This document shows positions 1 through 11,119 of a DNA stretch of 64,000 bases, one piece after another. Position numbers and translations under genes: made by a program. A model generated the notes under the pieces. It saw only the letters and a list, made by a program, of their open reading frames with translations, searched no databases and was not told where the DNA came from. This DNA is from Promethearchaeota archaeon (lineage in GTDB: Archaea; Asgardarchaeota; Lokiarchaeia; Sigyniarchaeales; SOKP01): assembly GCA_019057865.1 (NCBI GenBank), contig JAHLWP010000013.1, forward strand, positions 26,181-90,180, in the 5' to 3' direction. Position 1 is the stretch's first letter, and every line of letters starts with the position of its first letter.

Positions 1-215
1 TATTAAAATACGAAGATGTTGATAGGAATTATGTTAATTCTATTTTGAGAAAATGGGTCAAAAAGATTTTACTTGATCATAGAAAAAAATTACTACATGA
101 AGGAAGTCTTATTTTTAGGAAAATGTTAAGAGATAATTTATTAACTCCCTATGAAAAGATTAAAATCATCATAGTCGTTTTGCTAAAGAAAATCCAAATG
201 AAATTTTTCAAATAG
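1..215 (+). CDS. 3' end of a gene running in from outside the window (possibly a glycosyltransferase C-terminus)
   Basis: Open frame from position 3 (LKYEDVDRNY...MKFFK) to TAG at 213-215. Product guessed only from context. Confidence 0.55.
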   Translation, partial: LKYEDVDRNYVNSILRKWVKKILLDHRKKLLHEGSLIFRKMLRDNLLTPYEKIKIIIVVLLKKIQMKFFK

Positions 216-260
216 AATTTCATATGTAAGAAGTATGAATCTTCTGGATGATACTTATTA

Positions 261-1400
261 TTACTTAAAAGTTAGAAAATCGTAAAAACGTTCACAAAAA
301 GCTTTCTTACCTTCCTTCGTCCATAATCTTTTATATATATTTTGTCCATTTTTAGCAACTTCATAAAGAAGTGTTTTATTTGCCAAGATTTCATTAAACT
401 CATTGTCCCAATTCTCAATTTTCCATGATATAGGTATATATGTATCTTGTTTTTTATATAAATTTGGCCAAGTTTCTACATGATCCATATCAGGCTTTAT
501 CAATGCCGCACCTGCTATAAAAGCTTCAAAATCTCGAAAACAGATTTCTCCCCATCCAAAAGGACTACAAATTGACTTAGATTTTCTTAAATTTATTAAA
601 TAATCCTTTTTAGGCATTTTTCCTATAGATATCTTCTGGTTAGACTTATACTTTTCTTTTAAAAACTTCAAGAGAGCATGTCGCTGAAAATAATATTTTG
701 GTTTAGTAATTTTATAAGAGAAATTTGCAGATAAAAGTATTTTTCGGTTTATACTTGGCTTACAAAAATTCATTTCATTTTTTCTTGTAAAACCATATAA
801 AAATCTATCAAAACTATTAGTAAAACGATAATCTGTTAATGCAAGGTTCCATGATAGGCTGACTTTATGATTATATTTTGGATCAAGAGAAGTATAATTT
901 AAAAATTCATTTTTTTTATTGTATAATTTGTCTAAATTATATTCTTTATTATAAAAGTTAATATAGATTCTGCTTTCTTTTTTAAAAGAATTTTTTGTAT
1001 AGAAAGTACGGTCTTTAAGAATAGACCTTTTTAAATATCGATCAACATAAGGTAATACTTCAAATCGAGTGGTTCCTGTACTGGCAGTGTTATCAAACCA
1101 TATTAAATAATCAGTTTTTTTCTTTAACACTTTAAGAGTTGATAATAATTCTTCCTTATTTCTTACCATTGTACCAAGGAATTTACAATCAATTCCTACT
1201 ATTTTTGAAAAATTTGTTTTTTTTCTAAAAATTCTACCAAAATCATGTAAAAATCGGACATTGATGCCCATATTTTTAAGTTCCTTTTTATAATACCATA
1301 CGGGAAACCAGTAGGAATTCCACTTATAGGTAGGGAAAGAATAGTTTTGGTATTTTCGAAAAGGGGTGAGTGTAGGGATAAATATATCCACATTAAGCAT
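261..1400 (-). CDS. Glycosyltransferase-like protein (GT-B, family 1/CgeB-like C-terminus)
   Basis: C-terminal SKSICSPFGWGEICFRDFEAFIAGAALIKP motif; lies in a glycan locus. Confidence 0.7.
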   Translation of the reverse strand: MLNVDIFIPTLTPFRKYQNYSFPTYKWNSYWFPVWYYKKELKNMGINVRFLHDFGRIFRKKTNFSKIVGIDCKFLGTMVRNKEELLSTLKVLKKKTDYLIWFDNTASTGTTRFEVLPYVDRYLKRSILKDRTFYTKNSFKKESRIYINFYNKEYNLDKLYNKKNEFLNYTSLDPKYNHKVSLSWNLALTDYRFTNSFDRFLYGFTRKNEMNFCKPSINRKILLSANFSYKITKPKYYFQRHALLKFLKEKYKSNQKISIGKMPKKDYLINLRKSKSICSPFGWGEICFRDFEAFIAGAALIKPDMDHVETWPNLYKKQDTYIPISWKIENWDNEFNEILANKTLLYEVAKNGQNIYKRLWTKEGKKAFCERFYDFLTFK

Positions 1401-1574
1401 TTAGTAAATCCCCTGTTTAAATATTGAAATTAGAAATCCTTTGTTTTATTTATAATTTTCCTAATATTTCTAATTATTAATAATTTATTACTTAAAATTG
1501 ATATAAAAAAATAAGGTATAAACTAAGTATCAATAAAGAAAAAAGATTTAAATAACTAGTTTGACAAAATCTTT

Positions 1575-3248
1575 TTATTTTCTTCTTGTAAATTTCTTTA
1601 AAACATTTAAAGTTTTAAGCATAATTCTATTTAAAAATTTATCCTTACTTAACAAAGACTCAAAATATTCAAAATCAGTAGATTTTACAATTCCAAAAAC
1701 TAAATTCATTAATATAAAGAGTACGATGAATGTTCCAATAGATAAAAAATCGAGATTTATAAAGAGTGATAACCCTAAATTATGTAAAATTGTAATGTTG
1801 ATTTTTTTTAATATTAAATCCTCTAAAATTACCGTAATAACTAAAGGGATAAAAAATGTTAAATATTGCAATATAATCTTTTTAATATTTATTTTAATAT
1901 TTCCGATTCTATAAATTGAGTATATTTGTATTATTAATGAGATTATATTTCCGATTATTAAACCTAAAATTATCGCACCTTCAACCCCACCATATGTTAA
2001 ACCAATAAAAAACAATGGTATAGAATACGTCATATAGAGTATATTTAATAGAAATGACGATTTTACTTTATTCTGGGCGTTTAAAAGCGATAGGACAAAG
2101 ATTTTGAATATTTGAAAAATTGACGCAAGAACAAATAATTTAAGAATATTTGAAAAAATTAAACGAGATTCGAGAAAAACAAAATCTAAGAAAAAGTCTA
2201 CACTAAAAAATAGAATTCCAGATAAAATTAATAATAAGAATAATGTAATCCTATTCGCAATCTTAAAAATTTTGACAACATGGTAATAATCCTTTTTTGT
2301 ACTCAAACTTGTAAAAGAAGTCATTAAAGGAAAATAAAAAGATCCTACTGACACTTGCCCGATATGACTGTAATTTAAGGCGATATTAAATCCAGTAACT
2401 GCTCCTGCTGATTCAAAAAACCCAACTCCTTGTAGTTGTGCTTCTCTCCAACCCTTTGCAAAAAGATTAGAAAAAGTTGAATAACCACCATATTTCACAC
2501 TTTTAAAAATATCTTTTTTAAATGGTTCTATCTCATTCCCTACCGGTTTAATTCTAATTACTTTTATCAAAACATATAAAAACTTTAAAATAAATGGAAT
2601 TAAGGAAGAAATCATGACAATCAAGGCTATAGTATCAATATTAATATTAATATCAAAAATATAGTAAATTAATAAAGGGCAAATATGAAAAGCATTTTTT
2701 ATGAGCAATATTAGAAAAAGAAAATTAAATTTACTAAAACCTCTATTTATAGCATCTAAAAGAGAGCCTAAACTATTGAAAAAAATAGTTGGAGATAAGA
2801 TAAATAAAATAGATACATTATCTTCCAAATTAATTACAAATAAATCTTCAAAAATAGTGAAAAAAACGATGCTTATTATGAGAATAATTATTGTAAATAA
2901 TGATTTTATAATTAGTGTATTTTTAATTAATGCCTTGATTTTTTTTTTCTCATTTAAGGCAAGATATCTTGGAATATAATAATTTAAGGCATGATTCAGT
3001 CCTGGTGGTAATAAGGATATAATAATACCAATAATTGTTATATATGAGGTTGCTAATATTAGAAAGTCCCAAGTTCTATCTAAAATTAATCGTGCTAAAA
3101 GAAAAGAATATATTAATGTGAAAAAAAAGGATCCATAATTTATTAAATAAGAGTAAAATGTATTTGTAGCTAATCTTTTGTACTCTTTATTATTTTTTAA
3201 TTGATTATTTTCATGGTTATTATTTACCATTATAAGAAAACATTTCAT
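1575..3248 (-). CDS. Wzx/MOP-type oligosaccharide flippase
   Basis: Many TM segments; N-terminal 'LATNTFYSYL...LLARLI' and 'GLNHALNYYIPRY' pattern of polysaccharide exporters. Confidence 0.8.
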   Translation of the reverse strand: MKCFLIMVNNNHENNQLKNNKEYKRLATNTFYSYLINYGSFFFTLIYSFLLARLILDRTWDFLILATSYITIIGIIISLLPPGLNHALNYYIPRYLALNEKKKIKALIKNTLIIKSLFTIIILIISIVFFTIFEDLFVINLEDNVSILFILSPTIFFNSLGSLLDAINRGFSKFNFLFLILLIKNAFHICPLLIYYIFDININIDTIALIVMISSLIPFILKFLYVLIKVIRIKPVGNEIEPFKKDIFKSVKYGGYSTFSNLFAKGWREAQLQGVGFFESAGAVTGFNIALNYSHIGQVSVGSFYFPLMTSFTSLSTKKDYYHVVKIFKIANRITLFLLLILSGILFFSVDFFLDFVFLESRLIFSNILKLFVLASIFQIFKIFVLSLLNAQNKVKSSFLLNILYMTYSIPLFFIGLTYGGVEGAIILGLIIGNIISLIIQIYSIYRIGNIKINIKKIILQYLTFFIPLVITVILEDLILKKINITILHNLGLSLFINLDFLSIGTFIVLFILMNLVFGIVKSTDFEYFESLLSKDKFLNRIMLKTLNVLKKFTRRK

Positions 3249-3559
3249 TGATAATATTAAATTAAAAAAAAAAAATAGTGAATTTCAAATTAATTTTATG
3301 ATTAAAGATTTTTCTTTTTGATTTAAAATTACAATTTAATACTTTCACTATGACGTATTTTTTCTTATGATTTCTTTTTAAGTAGAATTGTTTAAATTTT
3401 GATTAAGATAATTATATTCTGTCCTTTTATTGCCAAGAGATATTCATTAAATTTTTATCCTTTTAAAAATTATTCCACATGCATAGAATATTTGTAGTTT
3501 TTAATATTTCAATAAAAATGTATAGAAAGAGCATTATAAAAGAGTCTGATGGTGTTCGG

Positions 3560-5065
3560 ATGAATATTTTCTGGATTGTGACCGATTCGATATGTAGCTA
3601 TGAAAGATCTGATCTGCATAGTTTACTTCCAATCTACAAAAAATTAAAAAAAAATAAAGAAGGTTTCTTTTTTAAAAACGCATTATCTCAGTTCACATCA
3701 ACAAGTTTATCTATTTTTTCATTTTTAACAGGTAGATTTCCTTATTATATATTTCCTGATTATTACCCTTCAATCAAATTTCTTCCAAGTTATAAATATA
3801 AAAATAATATCAACCCATTGAAGAGAGAAAATTATAAAATTCAAGCAATTATGCACTCGAAAGAAGCAGTTGATGTTTTTAAGGATATTCTTAATCCATA
3901 TTATGTGAATAATATGTATCATGGAGATCATTTGTTAGATAGTAAAGAAGTTTACCATTTTTTAGCTGAAAAAATTAATGAACTCGATATAAATGAGAAC
4001 AATTTCATATATGTACATTTCAGACCAACGGATCCTGAAACAAATTCATACATGAATAAAATAGTTTATTTATTAAAGGAGATGGGTTTTTGGGAAAAAT
4101 CCATCATTATTATTAATTCTGATCATGGTTATTATGATAAGTCAATTTATAAAAAGATAAATTTAATACATTTTAATGATATTCACCAAACCTCATTATT
4201 ATCGGCTTTATTTATAAAATTACCCCCCAATTTAACATCTAAAATCCCAAGAACTATTAAAAAAAGAGTTTATTTAATGGATATTATGGAAACAATTCTT
4301 GATTATCTTAATATTAAAGCAGATCATGAGAGAGAATCAATTTCTTTTAAAGAATTAATAGAAAAAGATATAGATATTAATAAAAACAGAAAAATTAGAG
4401 GAGATTGTTATTTAATGTTTCAACCAATTAAAAAAACAGTGATAATCAAAGATAATTGGAAGCTTTTTAATAATAACGGAAAATTTACCTTGTATAATCT
4501 TAATGAAGATAATCTAGAAAAAAAAGATGTTAAAAAAAAATATCCTAAGATTTATACCGAACTATATCAATTTTATTTAGACACAGAATTGAAAGCTTAT
4601 AAAATATTTAAATCAACCTTAAATACACTTTATAATCATAATAATTTAACTTTACTAGAATATGAGAATATTTTAGTTCCTCATCAATTTCCTCCACAAC
4701 TAGCAAACTATTTAAAAGAAAATTTAAAGATAAAGAATAAAATAGTGAAACCATCTGAAATCGGTATCTCAAATTCAATCAAAAATCAAAGCTTGATTAC
4801 AATTCTATTTTTTAATAGATTAACTGGTTATAGATTAAAAAAACTGCAAAGAAAATATAGAAAATATACAAAAAAATTCATAATTTTAGATACAGCATTA
4901 TCTGATGTATCAGATCAAATAAATAATACTGGTTATATGAAATTTGTTATTAGATCATTAATTACCCGAAAAAAACAGTTGTTTCAAAGATGGAAAGAGA
5001 TACTAATATGGACTTTATATTTTCCACTTTATTTCAATAAATTTATGAAAAAATACTATAATTAA
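3560..5065 (+). CDS. Sulfatase/alkaline-phosphatase superfamily protein (candidate phospho(no)-transferase)
   Basis: MNIFWIVTDS start (ATG 3560 after GGTG), 'TSTSLS..SFLTG' Thr-type nucleophile region, 'IIIINSDHG', 'LYNLNED..E' motifs. Confidence 0.75.
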   Translation: MNIFWIVTDSICSYERSDLHSLLPIYKKLKKNKEGFFFKNALSQFTSTSLSIFSFLTGRFPYYIFPDYYPSIKFLPSYKYKNNINPLKRENYKIQAIMHSKEAVDVFKDILNPYYVNNMYHGDHLLDSKEVYHFLAEKINELDINENNFIYVHFRPTDPETNSYMNKIVYLLKEMGFWEKSIIIINSDHGYYDKSIYKKINLIHFNDIHQTSLLSALFIKLPPNLTSKIPRTIKKRVYLMDIMETILDYLNIKADHERESISFKELIEKDIDINKNRKIRGDCYLMFQPIKKTVIIKDNWKLFNNNGKFTLYNLNEDNLEKKDVKKKYPKIYTELYQFYLDTELKAYKIFKSTLNTLYNHNNLTLLEYENILVPHQFPPQLANYLKENLKIKNKIVKPSEIGISNSIKNQSLITILFFNRLTGYRLKKLQRKYRKYTKKFIILDTALSDVSDQINNTGYMKFVIRSLITRKKQLFQRWKEILIWTLYFPLYFNKFMKKYYN

Positions 5066-5246
5066 TTTAATATTTTATTCAAGAGAATATGTTTAAGAAT
5101 CTAAATTTTTAATGCCTTAATCAAAATAATTTAAAGATTGAAAGAAGTAATCCTATTAAATCCCGTTGATATAAATTCAAATAAACCCATCATTAAGAAA
5201 TCCATAAAAAATTTAATATTTAAAGCACTTATTTTTAATAGATCTT

Positions 5247-6938
5247 ATGAGCTTAAAAAATCGAATTTCACCTGAAGATAGAAGGAAATCCTTAAAAAAT
5301 TTACTTAAAGAAAAAGATTTTATAAGAGCTATTGAAGCTCATAATGGTTTAAGTGCAATAATTGCTAATGATATTAAAGAAAAAGTAAGAAACGAAATTA
5401 TTGAATTTGATGCCATTTGGGAAAGTAGTTTAACTGATAGTGCCACAAAGGGTTATCCAGATGCTGAAATAATAGGACCAGAATCTAGATATGAAACGAT
5501 ACGCCAAATTTTACATAGCTCTCATAAACCATTAATAGTAGATGGAGATACTGGCGGAGAAGCAACAAATTTTGAATATTTTGTGAAAAATTTGGAAGAT
5601 TTTGGTGTTTCAATGGTAATTATTGAAGATAAAAAATTTCCAAAAAGAAATAGTTTGGAAGCGGGGGCAATACAAATCCAAGAAGATCCAGATACTTTTT
5701 CGATAAAGATTAAAAGAGGTAAAAGTGTTTTATTATCGCAGGACTTTATGATAGCAGCTAGAATAGAAAGTCTTATTTCTGGAGCAGGAATAGAAGATGC
5801 CTTATTTAGAGCTAGAAAATATTTAATGGCTGGTGCTGATGCTATAATGATCCATTCAAAGGATTCAAAACCTAATGATATTTTTAAGTTTGCTGAAGAA
5901 TATAATAAGTTAAGCTCTGAATTAGGTTTTAGAAAGCCATTAATATGTGTTCCTACTACATATAATACCATTACGGAAGACGAATTAAAAGAACATGGCT
6001 TTAATATTGTGATATATGCAAATCATCTTTTACGATCATGTCATAAAGCTATGAAAGAAACAGCCTCTTTAATTTTGAGGAGTCAAAGATGTTTTGAGGC
6101 AGAACCTATGTGCAGTTCTGTTAATACTATTTTTAAAGATGTAGGTTTTCTTGAAGTAAAAGAAAAAGATATGAAATATTCTAAAGGAAAAACACGTGTA
6201 ATCATACCCGCAGCAGGTAAAGAACCAATTTTCAAAATTCCTAAATCAATGATAAAAATCAATGGAAAACCAATTCTTCAAAGACAAATAGAAACTTTAA
6301 ATAGCTGCGGTATTTATAACATTATTGTTGTTAGGGGATTTAAAAAAGAACTTATTGATATTCCAGGAGTCAAATATATTGATAATGAGAATTATGAAGA
6401 TTATGGATTATTATATTCTTTATTTAGAGCAGAAAGTGAAATGGAAGGGGGATTTATCTATATAAATTCAGATATATTGTTTGATGGACATATCATAAAT
6501 TCTCTTTTAGAATCTAAAAAGGATATTGTTTTGGTTGTTGATAATTCTTATGCTTACCATAAACATGAGATTGACAAAAGATTAGATCTAGTTATGACAT
6601 TGAATAAGCCATCTGACCAAAGGAGATTATTATATTCTCGAGATAATGAAGTAATAAGAATTGGTAAGAATATAGATAAAAGTATGGCAGACTATGAATA
6701 CATAGGGATTGCTTATTTTTCTGAATATGGTATTGATATAGTAAAAAAAATATTTCATGATTGTAGTTCTAATAATAAAGGATGTTTTCATGCTGTTTCT
6801 ATTGAGAAAGCTACTTTTAATGATTTTATTCAAGAAATAATTGATCGTGGTTTTAAGGTTCATAATCTAGAGATACATAAAGGATGGATAGAGATTCATA
6901 ATAAAAAAGATCTTGAACTGGCTGAAAAGCTAATTTAA
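5247..6938 (+). CDS. pepM: Phosphoenolpyruvate mutase fused to a C-terminal NTP-transferase (cytidylyltransferase) domain
   Basis: EAHNGLSA, DGDTGG, diagnostic EDKxxxxxNS (EDKKFPKRNS), ARIESLI, GADAIMIHS. C-terminal 'IIPAAG...PKSMI' NTP-transferase. Confidence 0.95.
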   Translation: MSLKNRISPEDRRKSLKNLLKEKDFIRAIEAHNGLSAIIANDIKEKVRNEIIEFDAIWESSLTDSATKGYPDAEIIGPESRYETIRQILHSSHKPLIVDGDTGGEATNFEYFVKNLEDFGVSMVIIEDKKFPKRNSLEAGAIQIQEDPDTFSIKIKRGKSVLLSQDFMIAARIESLISGAGIEDALFRARKYLMAGADAIMIHSKDSKPNDIFKFAEEYNKLSSELGFRKPLICVPTTYNTITEDELKEHGFNIVIYANHLLRSCHKAMKETASLILRSQRCFEAEPMCSSVNTIFKDVGFLEVKEKDMKYSKGKTRVIIPAAGKEPIFKIPKSMIKINGKPILQRQIETLNSCGIYNIIVVRGFKKELIDIPGVKYIDNENYEDYGLLYSLFRAESEMEGGFIYINSDILFDGHIINSLLESKKDIVLVVDNSYAYHKHEIDKRLDLVMTLNKPSDQRRLLYSRDNEVIRIGKNIDKSMADYEYIGIAYFSEYGIDIVKKIFHDCSSNNKGCFHAVSIEKATFNDFIQEIIDRGFKVHNLEIHKGWIEIHNKKDLELAEKLI

Positions 6939-6965
6939 CTATTTTTCGAAAAGTGGAATAATGAA

Positions 6966-8102
6966 ATGATTGAATTTATTGAAAATGGCTCTATTAAAAA
7001 TCTTAAACGCATTTTAAAAGAAAATAACTTTAAAAATATTTTTTACATTACAGGTAATTCACCTTTAGAACAAGGTAATGTTGATAAAATCCAATTTATA
7101 ATTGAGAATGAATGTAAATTTTTTCATTTTAATGATATTGCACCTACACCAACAGTTGAAGGTATTAAAAAGGCGCTAAATTTATTTAAGAAAGGTAATT
7201 ATGATTTAATTTTAGCTATGGGAGGGGGGTCTGTTTTAGATATTGGTAAAAGTGTATCAATTTTTTCTACTAATAAAGGAGAAATTGAAGATTTTCTTTT
7301 AAAGAAACTAAAAATTAAAAGAAAAGGTACTCCATTAATATTAATTCCAACTACAGCAGGAACGGGTAGTGAAGCTACTCATTTCACCGTTATCTTTATC
7401 AAAAAAACAAAATATTCTTTAGCAGATCCTAAAATTTTACATGCGGATTATGCAATCGTAGACCCTGAATTAACATATAGTCTCCCTAAGAGAGTTACTG
7501 CTTATACAGGTATGGATGCATTAAGTCAGGGAATAGAATCTTATTGGAATATCAATTCTACAGATGAATCAAAAGAATATGCAAAAAAAGCAATAGAGCT
7601 TGTTATGAATAATTTATTAAAAGCTGTTCATAATCCTAATGAAGAATCTAGATACAACATGGCACTTGCCGCTAATTATGCTGGAAAAGCTATAAATGTA
7701 ACAAAAACAACAGCATGTCATGCCATTTCGTATCCTATTACCTCATGTTTTAATGTACCTCATGGCCATGCAGTAGCTTTGACTTTACCTTCTATGATTG
7801 TCTTTAATTCGAGAGTTAATGAAAATGATGTATTAGATACACGTGGAGTTGAATACGTAAAAAATATTATGAGTAAATTAGCCTCTATAATAGGTGTTTC
7901 TAGTTTTATTGAATCAAAAGAAAAAATCAAAAATTTAATGGTAGCTATTGAATTAGAAATAAAATTACAGGATTTGGGAATAAAATCTCAAGAAGATATT
8001 GAAATAATTATAAAAAATGGTTTTAATCTTGATAGAGTTAAAAATAATCCGAGATTATTAACAGAAACTCAATTAAGAAATATTTTAGAAGAAATAAGAT
8101 GA
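6966..8102 (+). CDS. Iron-containing alcohol dehydrogenase, probable phosphonoacetaldehyde reductase
   Basis: GGGSVLDIGK, IPTTAGTGSEAT, HAISYP...VPHGHA; sits between pepM and ppd. Confidence 0.88.
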   Translation: MIEFIENGSIKNLKRILKENNFKNIFYITGNSPLEQGNVDKIQFIIENECKFFHFNDIAPTPTVEGIKKALNLFKKGNYDLILAMGGGSVLDIGKSVSIFSTNKGEIEDFLLKKLKIKRKGTPLILIPTTAGTGSEATHFTVIFIKKTKYSLADPKILHADYAIVDPELTYSLPKRVTAYTGMDALSQGIESYWNINSTDESKEYAKKAIELVMNNLLKAVHNPNEESRYNMALAANYAGKAINVTKTTACHAISYPITSCFNVPHGHAVALTLPSMIVFNSRVNENDVLDTRGVEYVKNIMSKLASIIGVSSFIESKEKIKNLMVAIELEIKLQDLGIKSQEDIEIIIKNGFNLDRVKNNPRLLTETQLRNILEEIR

Positions 8103-8815
8103 AAGTTATATTATTAAATGCGGGGATAGGTAAAAGGTTAGCCCCTTTAACCAACAATTTGCCAAAATGCCTTGTAAAAATAAGTAATAATGAAACAATT
8201 TTAGATCATCAATTAAAAAATATTCTTAAGTATGGATTTAAAGATTTTATCATTCCAACAGGTCCGTTTGAGGAGAAAATTAAAACTCATATTATAGAAC
8301 ATTATCCTTCAATTAACGTTCAATATATTAATAATCCACTTCATGACAAAACAAATTACATATATTCCATATATTTAGTAAAAGACATGATTAATGATGA
8401 TGTTTTATATTCTCATGGGGATTTAATATTTTCTGGAAATTTAGTAAAATTATTACTTAAATCGAGTTATAAAAATTGTGTATTAGTTAATAAAGAAATT
8501 CCTCCTCCAGTAAAAGACTTTAAAGCAATTATATTAAATGATAGAATAAGTAAAATTGGAGTTAATTTGTTCGGACAGAATGCTGCATTCTTAGCCCCGT
8601 TATACAAACTCACTAAGGAATTTATGTTAAGTTGGCTTAATCAAATAGAGAAATTTATAAATGATAACAAAGTAAATTATTATGCTGAAGATGCTTTAAA
8701 TGAAATTCTGGATACTCTTGTTCTAAAACCTTGTTATTATAATGAATTCTGTGTCGAAATTGATGATTATGAAGATTTAGAAGGAGTAAAAAATTATTTT
8801 AATAATAATAAGTAA
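8099..8815 (+). CDS. Phosphocholine/phosphonate cytidylyltransferase (LicC/PntC-like)
   Basis: LLNAGIGKRL.PLT..PKCL, TNYIYS, HGDL, EIDDYED; overlaps the previous stop codon (ATGA). Confidence 0.85.
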   Translation: MKVILLNAGIGKRLAPLTNNLPKCLVKISNNETILDHQLKNILKYGFKDFIIPTGPFEEKIKTHIIEHYPSINVQYINNPLHDKTNYIYSIYLVKDMINDDVLYSHGDLIFSGNLVKLLLKSSYKNCVLVNKEIPPPVKDFKAIILNDRISKIGVNLFGQNAAFLAPLYKLTKEFMLSWLNQIEKFINDNKVNYYAEDALNEILDTLVLKPCYYNEFCVEIDDYEDLEGVKNYFNNNK

Positions 8816-8838
8816 AATAGTAGTTAATATAGGATAAA

Positions 8839-9975
8839 ATGATTTCTTGCGAAAAATTTTTTGAAATTCTAAAAATTAATAATTTTACATTCTTTACAGG
8901 AATTCCAGACTCAACTTTTAAAGATTTTATGAAATTCTTAGCTGATAATGATAGTAAAGATCTAAGAAATATTGTTGCATGTAATGAATGCGAAGCTATT
9001 GCATTAGCATCTGGTTATCATTTAGCAACTAATAAAATAGGAATTGTATATATGCAGAATTCTGGACTTGGTAAGGCTGTTAATCCTCTTACATCCTTAT
9101 GTGATCCTGATGTATATTCCATTCCAATTCTTTTAATGATAGGATGGCGTGGTGAACCTGGAAAAATTGATGCTCCTCAACATAAAAAAATGGGAAAGAT
9201 TACATTACCATTATTGGACACACTCCAAATACCTTATATCGTATTGGAACCAGATTTAAGTGTAGTTAAAAAAGAACTTATTAAAGCATTAAATTATTTC
9301 AATGAAATTAAAGGACCATATGCTTTTGTTTTTCGAAGAGGTTTCTTTAAAGAGCATAAAGTGAAATTTAAGCAATTAAATAACTATAGTCTAACCATAG
9401 AAGAAGTAATTCAATTGATTATGGATAATTTGAACAACGATGAAATCATTGTTTCAACTACAGGTTATATTACACGAGAGCTATATGAATATAGAGAATC
9501 AAGAAATAAAGATCATCATAAAAGTTTTTATAATATTGGTTCTATGGGGTGTGCCAGCTCGATAGGATTAAGTATAGCGCTACACAAACCAAAAAATAGA
9601 GTTATAGTATTTGATGGAGATGGCGCAGCTATTATGCAAATGGGTTCTTTTACAACAATAGGAAAAAATTCACCTTCTAACTTTGTCCATATTATTTTAG
9701 ATAATGAAGCTCATGAATCTACTGGTGGTCAACCAACTAATTCATCTAATGTTGACTTTGTAAATATTGCGCTCGCATCAAATTATAAATGGGGTGTTCG
9801 AGTTGAAAACATCGAAGATTTATTAAAATCGATTGATAAAATTAAAAACCGAAAAGGCCCAATCTTAGTATTAATAAAAATCAAAATCTATTCTAGATCA
9901 GAATTAAAAAGACCAAGTAAAAGTCCAAAAGAGTATAAAGAAGGATTTATGAGATATTTAAATGATTTAGATTAA
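8839..9975 (+). CDS. ppd: Phosphonopyruvate decarboxylase
   Basis: FTGIPDS, MQNSGLG, GWRGEPG..DAPQH, GSMGCAS, ThDP motif DGDGA...N, HESTGGQ. Confidence 0.95.
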   Translation: MISCEKFFEILKINNFTFFTGIPDSTFKDFMKFLADNDSKDLRNIVACNECEAIALASGYHLATNKIGIVYMQNSGLGKAVNPLTSLCDPDVYSIPILLMIGWRGEPGKIDAPQHKKMGKITLPLLDTLQIPYIVLEPDLSVVKKELIKALNYFNEIKGPYAFVFRRGFFKEHKVKFKQLNNYSLTIEEVIQLIMDNLNNDEIIVSTTGYITRELYEYRESRNKDHHKSFYNIGSMGCASSIGLSIALHKPKNRVIVFDGDGAAIMQMGSFTTIGKNSPSNFVHIILDNEAHESTGGQPTNSSNVDFVNIALASNYKWGVRVENIEDLLKSIDKIKNRKGPILVLIKIKIYSRSELKRPSKSPKEYKEGFMRYLNDLD

Positions 9976-10121
9976 GGAACTTAATAATTACCTATAAAAA
10001 TTTATTTTTTATGAACATTTTTATATGATATGAAATTTTTTATGATAAAATATAATTTAATAAAAAAATAGGATTTTTTTAATAAAAGGTAAATAATTTA
10101 AGTTTTTTTGTTGAAATACCA

Positions 10122-11114
10122 ATGACCTTACCCAGATCAAGTGACTTTTGGAAAAGTAGACGCATTTTAATAACTGGAGCTGCTGGTTTTATAGGAAGTA
10201 ATTTAACAGATAAATTATTAGAAATTGGAGCAGAAGTAATTGGTTTAGATAATCTATTTAACGGTAGGATTGAAAATTTAGAAGAAGCTTTGAAAAATAA
10301 AAAATTTCAATTTCATAAGGGAGATATAAGAGATATAAACTTTTTATTAGATATTTTAAAAGATATTGATATTATATTTCATAAAGCAGCATTCACTAGT
10401 GTCCCTCAATCAGTAAAAATGCCAGAATCTTGCAATGATGTCAATGTAAATGGCACTTTAAATTTATTAAACGCTGCTAGAAAAAAAGATGTAGAAAAAA
10501 TTATCTTTGCTTCAAGTTCTTCTGTATATGGTGATACACCTACCTTACCAAAGAAAGAAGATATGCCAAGATTACCAATCTCTCCCTATGGAGTATCAAA
10601 GTTAGCGTGTGAGGCATATATGCAGGCATTTCACCAGGTTTATGGATTAAAAACAATTTCATTAAGATATTTCAACGTTTTTGGTCCAAGGCAAAAAGAT
10701 TCTCCATATAGTGGTGTTATCGCAATTTGGTTAGGAAGAATCATTAATAATGAAGATTTGATAATATTTGGTGATGGCGAACAATCAAGAGATTTTACAT
10801 ACATTAAAGATGTGGTCCAAGCAAATTTAATGGCCGCTGAACATGATGTTTCAGGAGAGATCTTAAATGTAGGCGCTGGTTCTCCAATAACTTTAAACGA
10901 TCTTGCAAAATTAATTCTAAATATTACAAATAAAAAGAATTTAAAACTAATTTACACTGATCCTAGACCAGGTGATATTTTACACAGTTACGCTGATATT
11001 TCTAAAGCCAAAAGAATAATTGGATTTCAACCGGAATATGATCAGGAACAAGGCTTAAGAGATTATTTTATATGGTATTGTAAAAAGTATAACGTTAATT
11101 TAAAAATTAACTAA
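10122..11114 (+). CDS. NAD-dependent NDP-sugar epimerase (WbpP/GalE-like SDR)
   Basis: TGAAGFIGS, ASSSSVYG, YGVSK, RYFNVFGPRQ. Confidence 0.9.
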   Translation: MTLPRSSDFWKSRRILITGAAGFIGSNLTDKLLEIGAEVIGLDNLFNGRIENLEEALKNKKFQFHKGDIRDINFLLDILKDIDIIFHKAAFTSVPQSVKMPESCNDVNVNGTLNLLNAARKKDVEKIIFASSSSVYGDTPTLPKKEDMPRLPISPYGVSKLACEAYMQAFHQVYGLKTISLRYFNVFGPRQKDSPYSGVIAIWLGRIINNEDLIIFGDGEQSRDFTYIKDVVQANLMAAEHDVSGEILNVGAGSPITLNDLAKLILNITNKKNLKLIYTDPRPGDILHSYADISKAKRIIGFQPEYDQEQGLRDYFIWYCKKYNVNLKIN

Positions 11115-11119
11115 GAAAT

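Noticed and set aside
5247-9975. Methylphosphonate or phosphonate-antibiotic pathway
   Set aside because: No MpnS/HepD dioxygenase or tailoring genes; the context is glycan biosynthesis.
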